64,000 nucleotides of DNA, taken from assembly GCF_006345805.1 (NCBI RefSeq), contig NC_043008.1:19034001-19098000 (forward strand), read 5' to 3'. Numbering within the stretch: the stretch's first letter is position 1; every line of letters begins with the position of its first letter. Of this stretch, positions 1 to 10,659 are shown one piece after another. This DNA comes from Octopus sinensis (Eukaryota). The notes under the pieces were generated by a model. The model ran no database searches. It had not been told where the DNA came from and saw nothing but the letters and a program-made list of their open reading frames with translations. The position numbers were made by a program, and so were the translations under genes.

Positions 1-490
1 TTTGTCTCTCATCCTTTCGGGGTCGATTAAATAAGTACCAGTTACGCACTGGGGTCGATATAATCGACTTAATCCGTTTGTCTGTCCTTGTTTGTCCTCT
101 CTGTGTTTAGCCCCTTGTGGGTAGTAAAGAAATAGGTATTTCGTCTGCCGCTACGTTCTGAGTTCAAATTCTGCCGAGGTCGACTTCGCTTTTCATCCTT
201 TCGGGGGTCGATTAAATAAGTACCAGTTACGCACTGGAGTCGATATAATCGACTTAATCCGTTTGTCTGTCCCTGCTTGTCCTCTCTGTGTTTAGCCCCT
301 TGTGGGTAGTAAAGAAATAGGTATTTCGTCTGCCGCTACGTTCTGAGTTCAAATTCCACCGAGGTCGACTTTGCTTTTCATCCTTTCGGGGGTCGATAAA
401 TTAAGTACCAGTTGCGTACTGGGGTCGATCTAATCGACTCCCCTCCTCCCCCAAAATTTCGGGCCTTGTGCCTAGAGTAGAAAAGAATAT
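1..490 (+). mobile_element. tRNA-derived SINE family A, tandem ~180-bp units, begins before the window
   Basis: Repeated unit with B-box GAGTTCAAAT and body cctttcggggtcgat..aagtaccag; terminal tail gggccttgtgcctagagtagaaaag. Confidence 0.85.
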
Positions 491-673
491 TCAGATGGCT
501 TCCGGTCTTTCATTGTCAGCTAAACTTTTCTCAACTTTAATCTTTATGCTTTCCAACACTGTTCACTGTTCGTCAATGTATCACACTCTCCTGAAAAATT
601 AGACACAAAAAATCGTCAAATTTAACCCGAACACCCAGTATCTATTTAACATCGTAGTTTTTACCTTATTCGT

Positions 674-920
674 GGAGGCGTGTGGCTTAGTGGTTAGGGT
701 GTCAGCATCATGATCGTAAGATTGTGGTTTCGATTCCTGGATCGGGCGACGCGTTGTGTTCTTGAGCAAAACACTTCATTTCACGTTCCTCCAGTACACT
801 CATCTGGGAAAAATGAGAAACGCTGCGATGGACTGGCGTCCCATCCAGCTGGGAAACACACACCATTGAAACTGGGAAACCGGGGCCATGAGCCTGGCTA
901 GGCTTTAAAAGGGCGCGTAT
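674..920 (+). mobile_element. tRNA-derived SINE family B (second copy 58007-58256; related head on minus at about 53740-53875)
   Basis: A box tggcttagtgg, B box gtttcgattcc, body gcgatggactggcgtcccatccag; near-identical copy at 58 kb. Confidence 0.85.
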
Positions 921-1282
921 ATTATTTTATTTATCTTATTCAGAGCCAAGTCTCAAATTTATGAGCTTCTCAAATTTTTTAGAAAATATTCATTATGCTT
1001 TTGCTTTTTTTTTTTCATTTTCTTTATTTTTTTTCACTTTTACTTGCTGGAAGACGAACCCAAAATGGTGTATCTATATATATATGGGGGGGGGGTGACA
1101 TAGAGTACTTAATAAAAAAAAAGACAGTGGTTTATATATACCCTTCCAGAGGATTTGATAAATAAAACACTGCGAGAAAGACACAGGCAACCAGATAGAG
1201 GTATATTAATATATATTTCTGGATATGTGACCGTTTCTTCTGAACAAGAAAATTAGATGGGGAAAAAATGCGTCAGTAAAAA

Positions 1283-1315
<33 letters not shown>

Positions 1316-1425
1316 TGTATGTATGTGGGGATGGATGCATGTAGATGTATGCCTGTGGTATGTGCGTGTGTATGACTATGTATTGTATGTGTTACTTGTA
1401 AATATACATTTGTGCTTGTGTGTGA

Positions 1426-1458
<33 letters not shown>

Positions 1459-1793
1459 CTCACACATGTATATGTTTGTGTATACGTACGTGTGTGTGCG
1501 CACGCGCGTGTGTACTTTCTACAAAAAAAGCACCATCATGGCAGTTTAGATAGCAACGATGAGTGATATATATTGAACTTAAAGTAAGTCTCGCATATTT
1601 TGCAGTATCTAAGTGTATGTGTGTGTGTGTGTCTGTGTGTTTGTATGTGTGTGTGTGCGTGTATATATACATATATCTATGTTATATGTAAGTATGCCTA
1701 TATACATATATACATATATATATATGCATATATATGCGTACACATACACACACATATATATATACACATATATATACATATATCTATACATAT

Positions 1794-1857
<64 letters not shown>

Positions 1858-1860
<3 letters not shown>

Positions 1861-2185
1861 AGAGTTTACAAAAAAAACAAAAGACGAAGACAGGTAATGT
1901 ACAAAACAAACAGATGTATTAGTATAACGCTCAGGAATAGAAAAAGTATTTTACGTTTCGAGCCTATGCTCTTCTACAGAAAGGTACCAGAAAAAAAAAA
2001 AAGAGGAGAAACAAGGAGAGAAAAAAATGTGTAGTGGCTAACGATCTATCATGGCGACTAGTGCCGGACAGAAGGGTCACATACGAGAAGGAAAGTAGGG
2101 GAGATAACAAAGTAAAGATGACCCCCAACACGAAGGTGTATAAGAGAGTATGTATGTGCGTGTCAAAGAGGCTGGTGGTCTGGAC

Positions 2186-2190
<5 letters not shown>
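1858..2190 (-). mobile_element. Short Penelope-type repeat (family G) with a hammerhead-like motif; homologous copy at 61800-61985 (+)
   Basis: Aligns with 61800-61985 over about 180 bp; contains CTGTAGAAGAGCATAGGCTCGAAACGT. Confidence 0.6.
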
Positions 2191-2242
<52 letters not shown>

Positions 2243-2352
2243 TATAATATATTATATATACGTATATATGTATATACATATACATATACACGCATACATA
2301 TATATACACATATACATATATATATATGCATTCATATATATATACATACTAC

Positions 2353-2451
<99 letters not shown>

Positions 2452-2523
2452 GAAGCAGCATGCATGAAATTGTTTCGATTATAAAAGTCATCCAAATGAA
2501 CAATCAAGAGAAGACAAATGTCT

Positions 2524-3582
2524 TTAATGTCTACGGTGAATGTAAAGAGTTAGGCGTGGGTATAACTGAAGATATTCAATCGATTTTTCTCTGTCTAATT
2601 GAGTTATATCTTGTTTAGGATGAAACGCAAGGATCTTAAAACAATCAATACTGAAACCATTCGCTTCCACGAAATTAAGAACCGTCCTCAATGTATTTTC
2701 AACGAAAAATCGACGTGTCAATACATCTCCAGCCGGTGTTCGAAAGCGCAGTATTGTGATTGGTTTGTTTAAATTGGCATTTGGTTCTTCAGATAATTGC
2801 TGATTTAAAGACTGCAATACCTGCTTTCTCTTCTCTTCTTCTTTCTGGCCTCGAATTTCCTGTTGTTTTCGTTTTTCTTCTTCCAGTCGCTTATTTTCTT
2901 CCAGAAGTCGCTTTTGCTGTTCTTTTTCTTTATCCTTCTTCAATGATTCCTCATACTCCCGATCCTGCTCTCGTATTAAAGAAGCTCTCTCTTCTCTCAA
3001 ACTTTCAGTTAATATTTCTGGTCTGATCATATCAGGAAACACCTCTAAAACTGATTCCAAGAATGCTTGGAATTTCACTGGATCTTGAACCTTGTCCAAC
3101 TCACCAAGAATAACCAAACTGCACTGCACTTTTCCCAACACTAGTACTATGGGTAGACGGTTTTGTTCGTATTGTTTCACCTTCTTGGTAATCTCGCTCC
3201 CAAACTCCTTTTTTAACAACGAAAATGTTTGTTTCTTATTTTCGTCTGTATCAAGTTTCCGTGCCCAAACCGCGAATCTATTGCAAAGATATTCTGAGAC
3301 TGTTTTCGACTTCAGCAGTCTATCATCATCACAGCCGTATAAATACAGAACCAAAGGCTTTCTACAGCTTGCACTCAGCTTTAACGAATCTTTAATTGCG
3401 GATTCCAGTGTTCTTGAATAGATATCGGATGCCTGGTTAGAGGATATGCTTTTGATACGTTTCGGATGCCCATGAGTTGATGAATCCTCCTCCAAACACG
3501 AAACTGATGAAGAACATGGTGTTGATTCAGCTGGCCTCTTCGACGCTGTCTGCCGCTTTTGGGTACGTTTTCCAGCTGCCAT
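2524..3582 (-). CDS. Intronless FAF1-like UBX-domain protein (UAS, coiled coil, UBX; no UBA/UBL), probable retrogene
   Basis: 352-aa uninterrupted ORF colinear with the FAF1 C-terminal half: TLESAIKDS..RKPLVLYL, REQDREYEESL..D, LSEEP..PITILRFRTPAG..LTRRF, FVEANGF, PKQDITQLD..LYP..TLYI. An in-frame TAA sits immediately before the ATG. Confidence 0.88.
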   Translation of the reverse strand: MAAGKRTQKRQTASKRPAESTPCSSSVSCLEEDSSTHGHPKRIKSISSNQASDIYSRTLESAIKDSLKLSASCRKPLVLYLYGCDDDRLLKSKTVSEYLCNRFAVWARKLDTDENKKQTFSLLKKEFGSEITKKVKQYEQNRLPIVLVLGKVQCSLVILGELDKVQDPVKFQAFLESVLEVFPDMIRPEILTESLREERASLIREQDREYEESLKKDKEKEQQKRLLEENKRLEEEKRKQQEIRGQKEEEKRKQVLQSLNQQLSEEPNANLNKPITILRFRTPAGDVLTRRFFVENTLRTVLNFVEANGFSIDCFKILAFHPKQDITQLDREKSIEYLQLYPRLTLYIHRRH

Positions 3583-3666
3583 TTACATAGATCTAACCGA
3601 TGACACTTGTAGATTCAAAGCGTGTCATAAGGCATCTCAGAGCCTTAAAGTTCCTCGTGAATTTCA

Positions 3667-3674
3667 TGACGTCA
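3667..3674. promoter_or_regulatory. Perfect CRE palindrome TGACGTCA about 85 bp upstream of the FAF1-like ATG
   Basis: Exact 8-mer; function not shown. Confidence 0.35.
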
Positions 3675-3992
3675 TAAACAACATATTCGAATATCTTTCA
3701 AAGTAAACTGATTTTCCTTCAATTAACAAAGTTCGCGAGAAATGAACGTGTTTCATGAACGAGAATATTTTATCAAACTTTTTGGCACAAATTCTTAATA
3801 TTTTTGGCTAAAGAAAATATAGTAGAACATAATATAGCATAAAGTAGGACATATTTCAACGTATTCCTAAACCCAAGACTTGGTTTCGATCTATTTATCT
3901 ATTTACTTCGCTTCTTTTATATTCTTGAGAAAGATTTGAATATCGTTCAGTCAGTTGATGTTTATTTCTGATTACAAAATCAAATCCTTTTT

Positions 3993-4200
3993 TACTCTAG
4001 GCACAAGGCCCGAAATTTTGGGGGCGGGGGCCAGTCGATTAGATCAACCCCATTACGCAACTGGTACTTAATTTATCGACCCCGAAAGGATAAAAGGCAA
4101 AGTCGACCTCGGCGGAATTTGAACTCAGAACGTAACGGCAGACGAAATACCGCTAAGCATTTCGCCCGGCGTGCTAACGTTTCTGCCAGCTCGCTGCCTT
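3993..4200 (-). mobile_element. SINE family A, monomeric full copy
   Basis: Head ggcagcgagctggcagaaacgttagc, B box and family tail. Confidence 0.9.
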
Positions 4201-4204
4201 AATC

Positions 4205-4500
4205 AAAGCTCAACAAGGCTCAGTATTGTTGTCATCTTTAGGCTCCTCTGAGTGTCTTAACATGCTTGATCGAATTCAGAATCAAGTTGTTAACATGGTG
4301 GCCCTCTTCTTTTTGCTAAGTTAGGGGTCTTTGACTCATCAACGAAATGATTCTTCAGCGTATCTTTTCTCTAAATATTTTCATGATCATTGCTCTGATG
4401 AACTTTCTGACCTAATACCCTCAGCTAAGACCTTTAAACGTGTCACCTGCTTCTCTTCCTAGGTGCATCGTTTCGCTTTCTGTTACTCATCAGTTCTTTT
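4205..4500 (+). mobile_element. Degraded LINE RT C-terminal remnant (Jockey/CR1 superclade)
   Basis: Translates as LDRIQNQVV..QRNDSS..LFSKYFHDHCSDELSDLIP, resembling the L..RR..ASL.LFY.YFHG.CS.EL..LVP LINE motif. Confidence 0.5.
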
Positions 4501-4509
4501 ATTCTATTT

Positions 4510-4549
<40 letters not shown>

Positions 4550-4575
4550 TAATAATAATAATAATAATAATAATC

Positions 4576-5064
4576 ATGTATATTGTTTTGTCTTGGTATA
4601 AAAGATGGGCTACAGCAAATATTCTGCTCAATACCACAGATTTGCTTGTCAGTTGTTTGACCTTAACCAGTTTAGCATGTCCCTTAGTGGCTGACGATAT
4701 GTGCATCTCTGATCACGAGCAGAAGTAGTGGGGAGCATCATAGCCATGTGTTGAGAGGGATTCTTTGGGGTTTGAATAATTCACCTCTGGAAACATGGGT
4801 GGTTATTTCAACATCCTTAAACAACCCTTATTCAGAGACCATTTGAGCGGGATGGGCTACTCAACCTGAAGAAAATTCTAACTGGGCCCCACCTGCAAGG
4901 TCATGTGCTGTTTATCTTGATATGAGATCACCATGTCGCGCACATATGGTTGTGATGCATGTGCCTGGTGTACCCTTATCAGACGGGTAGTCATGATGGG
5001 TATATTGGGCTTCGTATATTTTACCCCAGTGTCACTTTGATGGCATGCACTGCTCTCTCACTCA
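4576..5064 (+). mobile_element. ~490-bp non-coding interspersed element flanked on both sides by (TAA)n; partial inverted copy at about 29370-29560
   Basis: (AAT)n at 4509-4575 and 5063-5083; internal homology to 29370-29560 on the opposite strand. Confidence 0.7.
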
Positions 5065-5522
5065 ATAATAATAATAATAATAATGAAATTATTGTATACA
5101 GTGAACAGGTGCACCACAGCTTCTTTGCTCAAACTACTTCTCTGAGGATCTCATTACCATCATCTTGCTTTCCTCCGGTCTCTCATAATCAGTCCTTTAA
5201 GCTTCCTATCAATCACCACCTTTCAAATTCGTAGGCCCCTTCTTTTTCTTCTTTCTAGTCCCTCGCGCTACAGTAGCCCCAAGTCTTGTTTGTTACAAAA
5301 TCGTATCAAAAAGCACAAAGCAACCTGCAAAATATTGTCACGGCAATGGAATTCTACGGATCGCGTCAGGTCCATTACCAATGCAATGAGAATTTCAATT
5401 AGTTATGGTCGTAATTACCGCATTGGGCGTTTTATATCAGTTCTGGACATTTTAAAATCTCTAGTTTATTTAAATGAAATAAACAAAAACAGGCTGAGTG
5501 TGCAATGTGTCATAATTTGTTC

Positions 5523-5903
5523 AGGAGGCGTAATGGCCCAGTCGTTAGGGCAGCGGACTCGCGGTCGTAGGATCGCGGTTTCGATTCCCAGACCGGGCGT
5601 TGTGAGTGTTTATTGAGCGAAAACACCTAAAGCTCCACGAGGCTCCGGCAGGGATGGTGGTGATCCCTGCTGTACTCTTTCACCACAACTTTCTCTCACT
5701 CTTACTTCCTGTTTCTGTTGTACCTGTATTTCAAAGGGCCGGCCTTGTCACTCTTTGTGTCACGCTGAATATCCCCGAGAACTATGTTAAGGGTACACGT
5801 GTCTGTGGAGTGCTCAGCCACTTACACGTTAATTTCACGAGCAGGCTGTTCCGTTGATCGGATCAACCGGAACCCTCGTCGTCGTAACCGACGGAGTGCT
5901 TCC
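5523..5903 (+). mobile_element. tRNA-derived SINE family E
   Basis: A box tggcccagtcg, B box gtttcgattcc; head shared with 7123-7436. Confidence 0.8.
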
Positions 5904-6481
5904 ATAATTTGTTCACACGAATTGTGAGTTTGTATCCCACCTTACGCATATTTAATTTGTCAATTCAATTAGTTTACCAGTTAAAAGGTCGTTGTCTTTG
6001 GTTTTGTTATTTAACAATATATGAACCCTTAAAAGATATTCCATCCGTAACCATCATGTTTTGTTTTTTTTCTATATGCATATATCTTTTAGTAATATTG
6101 TATTAAGAACCACATTATCTAATGTTTCCTATTGAAAGCGTTGGCAAATTTTAAAATAAGCACTAAAAGAAATATTGTATACCAAAGCCGAGATTGTCAA
6201 CGACTACTGAGTCGAGATTCTAACGTCTAGACGAAAACAACCAGTCGAAGAGAATAAAACGAAGAAACCACAGCCGTTATATAGCCGTTATATATAACGA
6301 ACTTCTGGACATATTTATGATCAAATAGATAAAAAGAGTTGTTGCACTTGAAGGATAGAGATCAACTGTACATATGTAATCTCTTTTTGTGTTAATAAAC
6401 TAACAGCTTCCACAAGACAATCATAATGCTGTACTCCTTGAATTTTATTTCGTATCTTGATACCGAAATATTTCTCTCTTT

Positions 6482-6641
6482 TCGTGGTAAGCTGGCTTAC
6501 CAACCACATGGTTCCGGGTTCATTCCCACTGCGTGGAACCTTGGGCAAGTGTCTTCTACTATAGCCTCGAGCCGACCAAAGCCTTCTGAGTGAATTTGGT
6601 AGACGGAAACTGAAAGAAGCCCGTCGTATATATGTATGTGT

Positions 6642-6672
<31 letters not shown>

Positions 6673-6882
6673 GTGTGCGTGCGTTTATGTGTTTATGTTT
6701 GTCCCCCCAACATCGCTTGACAACCGATGCTGGTGTACTTACGTCCCCGTAACTTAGCGGTTCGGCAAAAAATACCAATAGAATAAGTACTAAGCTTACA
6801 AAGTAAAAGTCCTGGGGTCGATTTGCTCGACTAAATGCGATGTTCCAGCATGGCCGCACTCAAGTGACTGAAACAAGTAAAA
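6482..6882 (+). mobile_element. tRNA-derived SINE family C, most abundant. Other copies at about 8335-8710(-), 9400-9760(-), 9860-10325(-), 15590-15970(-), 18720-18850(-), 30180-30590(+), 34243-34645(+), 34828-35272(-), 51175-51310(-), 60860-61263(-), 61555-61790(-), 62295-62462(-)
   Basis: Conserved head gtggtaag..gggttcagtcccactgcgtggcaccttgggcaagtgtc, central (TA/TG)n, tail gctccagcatggcc..gactgaaacaagtaaaag. Confidence 0.9.
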
Positions 6883-7009
6883 AAAAAAATAAGGTCAAAA
6901 GAATGTCATAGGTTTTGTATTTTTATACAATCAGAATGAGTACATTGTGGGATGGCTACAAAGATATGAACTTGCTATCTTTCTGTGTGACAGATATTAC
7001 GTTTTTAAA

Positions 7010-7714
7010 ATTCACTAACAAGCGCAGATAAGAAGCACATAGTTCCGGGTTCAGTCTCACTGCGTGACACCATCTGTCTTCTACAATATACTCGGGTCAA
7101 CCAAAGCCTTGTGAGTGGATTTGTTGTTGTTGTTTGTTCCTTCTTGAGCCATGCCTGGCTCATAAGGGCCGGTTTCCCGGTTTCCTTGGCGTATAGGTTC
7201 CCCACCTGGACGGGAAGCCGGTCCGTCGCAGGTGAGCTGCAAGATGCAGGAGGAAAGAGTGAGAGAAAGTTGTGGCGAAAGAGTCAGCAGAAGTTCGCCA
7301 TTAGCTTCTGCCGGAGCCGCGTGGAGCTTAGGTGTTTCGCTCATAAACACACACACATCGCCCGGTCTGAGATTCGAACCCGCGATCCCTCGACCACGAG
7401 TCCGCTGCTCTAACCACTAAGCCATGTGCATCCACCTGTGAGTGGATTTAGTAGATGGAAACTGAAAGAAGACGTCGTATATATATCTATTTCTTTACTA
7501 CCCACAAGGGGCTAAACACAGATGGGACAAGCAATGACAGACAAACGGATTAAGTCGATTATATCGACCCCAGTGCGTAACTGGTACTTCTTTTAATCGA
7601 CCCCGCAAGGATGAAAGGCAAATTTGAACTCAGAACGTAACAGCAGACGAAATACCGCTAAGCATTTCGCCCGGCGTGCTAACGTTTCTGCCAGCTCGCC
7701 GCCTTTTATATATA

Positions 7715-7759
<45 letters not shown>

Positions 7760-7988
7760 TGTTTGTGTTTCAGTCTCCCACCACCACACCACCACCACCA
7801 CACCGCTTGACATCAGGTCCTGGTGAGTTTACGTCCCCGTAATTTAGAAATTACGAGAAACCGATAGGATAAGAACCGGGCTTTAAGAAAAAATAAGTGT
7901 TGGGGTTTCGATATATTCGACTAAATATTCAACAAGGCGGTGCCCCAGCATGGTCGCAATCTAACAACTGAAACACGTAAGAGATAAG
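7010..7988 (+). mobile_element. Family C SINE interrupted by a family E SINE (7123-7436, -) and a family A SINE (7489-7706, -)
   Basis: TSD tgtgagtggattt at 7110-7122/7437-7449; TSD tatatatatct at 7478-7488/7707-7717. Confidence 0.88.
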
Positions 7989-8032
7989 TGGTTAAAAAAC
8001 ATAGTCGTCATCTACAGGTTCGAAAACGTATA

Positions 8033-8953
8033 CAGTAATGCCTCGATATACGAGTTAATTTGTTACCAGAGACCATTCGTAAAGTAGAGCAATCATTACC
8101 CATAGTATGCAATGTTATAAACTCTAATTCGTTCCCAGAAAAATATTTTGCCTATAAAATTAATAATACTCGTAAATAAATGGGGATAAAACAACAGTAG
8201 AGTGTAAAGAGTACTTTATGTAAATTAAAAAGAATATCACGATCATTTATAATAAAACATATTTTTATTATAATTGTTTTCTGAATCGCATTCACTCGCA
8301 CGAGACACGCGCAACCATTGATGGATATTTTTTATTTCTTTCAGTCATTTGACTGCGACCATGCTGGAGCAAATCGACCCCAGGACTTATTCTTTGTAAG
8401 CCTAGTACTTATTCTATCGGTCTCTTTTACCGAACCGCTAAGTTACGGGACATAAACACACCAGCATCGGTTGTCAATCGATATTGGGGGAGGGGTACAA
8501 ACACAGACACACAAACATATACAAAGATATATATATATATATATACGACGGGTTTCTTTCAGTTTCCGTCTACCAAATCCACTCACAAGGCTTTGGTCGG
8601 CCCGAGGCTACAGTAGAAGACACTTGCCCAAGGTGTCACGCAGTGGGACTGGAGCGGGAACCATGTGGTTGGTAAGCAAGCTACTTACCACACAGCCACT
8701 CCTGTGCCTAGATTGTTAAATATATATTTGAAAAGACTTGTAGATCTCTTCTTTAAAAAACAAGTCTATAGTTGTTTGCTTAAAAGAAGCTCTTTTTTCG
8801 CTCTCTGTAAATTTCTCGGTAACACGCAGAAGCATTTGTTATGGTCGTAGAAACGTTTACACTTTGTTCAAAATTTGGACTTTGTGTTTGAAAAGTAAAA
8901 CTCGTAAATCTGAGATTACGTAAACCGGATCCTCCTAAAGTGAGGTGTTACTG
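8033..8953. mobile_element. pogo/Tigger-like non-autonomous DNA transposon with an internal SINE C insertion
   Basis: TA|CAGTAATGCCTC ... GAGGTGTTACTG|TA: imperfect TIRs and a TA duplication. Confidence 0.7.
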
Positions 8954-10062
8954 TATCTGTAAAATTCCATTTTAAAATATGCTTCATTAAGAAAATCGTG
9001 AGAAAGCAAAGCTGCGATGAGTGGGACGGCGAGTGAAATCCTATCTCAGATCCCTCTTAAACAGATTGCAAGGGGGCTTATTTAAGCAATCGCAAGACTA
9101 ACTAAACGTTGCGACCAACGCTCGTTCAAACTATATTTCCTGCACCCTTTCAGGTGGGACAGAAAGATCTACTTGAATCAATTTCTCAGAAAATAAGGTG
9201 TAAAGGATGTCTACGATTGGGAATGTCAATCAGAAGATAAAATCTCATTGAAAGATAGTGTAAGGGTTTTATTTATTTTGTTTTATGTTTTTCTATCAGA
9301 AGTGGTGCTTTTTTTCTTTTTTTCTTTTTTTTTTTTTGTGGGTAGAGAATAAACAGTTCAAGGGTCTATGAGTGGAAGTAATTAAAAAGATATACTCTTT
9401 ACTCTTTACTCTTTTACTTGTTTCAGTCATTTGACTGCGGCCATGCTGGAGCACCACCTTTTAGTACTTATTCTATCGGTCTCTTTTTTGCCGAACCGCT
9501 AAGTGACGGGGACCTAAACACACCAGCATCGGTTGTCAAGCAATGCTAGGGGGACAAACACAGACACACAAACACACGCATACATATATATATACATATA
9601 TACGACAGGCTTCTTTCAGTTTCCGTCTACCAAATCCACTCACAAGGCATTGGTCGGCCCGGGGCTATAGCAGAAGACACTTGCCCAAGATGCCACGCAG
9701 TGGGACTGAACCCGCAACCGTGTGGTTGGTTAGCAAGCTACTTACCACACAGCCACTCATTTCATCTATACGGAGAAAGAAGATAACCGATCCTACGTGG
9801 ATATATACACGCATGTTTAAGCATATACTTACTAAATCATATATTACTCTATTTGTACTCCTTTTACTCTTTTACTTTTTTTCAGTCATTTGACTGCGGC
9901 CATGCTGGAGCGCCGCCTTTAGTCGAGCAAATCGAACCCAGGACTTATTCTTTGTAAGCCTAGTACTTATTCTATCGATCTCTTTGGCTGAACCGCTAAG
10001 GTACGGGCACATAAACATACCAGCATTGGCTGTCAAGCGATGTTGGGTGGGGACAAGCACAA

Positions 10063-10105
<43 letters not shown>

Positions 10106-10366
10106 GTATATATATATCTATATATATATATAGTATATATATAATATATATATATACATACATATATACGACGGGCTTCTTTCAGCTTCCGTCAAAAAAA
10201 TCTACTCACAATGCTTTGGTCGCTCCGAGGCTATAGTAGAAGACACCTGCCCAAAATTCCACGCAGTGGGACTGAATCCGGAACCATGTAGTTCGTAAGC
10301 AAGCTACTTACCATAAAGCCATTCCTACATACAGACACACACACACAAACAAACAAACAAACCACT

Positions 10367-10449
<83 letters not shown>

Positions 10450-10619
10450 TTAATACCCGACGGGAATATACCGTAGTTCTTCGCTCCGACATTGGAAACT
10501 CTGAGTATTGTTTGCTCTAAATTATACCATATAAAATAATCCTCTATTTCTACAAATATCGAGGTCGCATTCTTTCCTTGTTATACATATTACTATTATT
10601 ATTATTATTATTATTATTA

Positions 10620-10659
<40 letters not shown>

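Noticed and set aside
674-760. tRNA genes at SINE heads (674, 5523, 7360-7436, 58007)
   Set aside because: A/B boxes are present, but they continue into SINE bodies with no acceptor stem closure; tRNA-derived SINE heads.
1257-2503. Many YI/CV/HT-rich ORFs (also 15.7-17.9, 20.6-21.8, 27.9-28.8, 36.9-37.5, 45.0-46.0 and 52.3-52.9 kb)
   Set aside because: Translations of (TA)n, (CA)n and (TACA)n microsatellites, which lack stops; no splice or homology support.
2760-3421. Plus-strand ORFs 2760-3026 and 3092-3421
   Set aside because: Antisense shadows of the FAF1-like CDS.
4455-4500. Minus-strand CTGATGA...GCGAAAC hammerhead-like match
   Set aside because: Stems I and II do not pair, and it lies within a plus-strand LINE coding remnant; likely chance.
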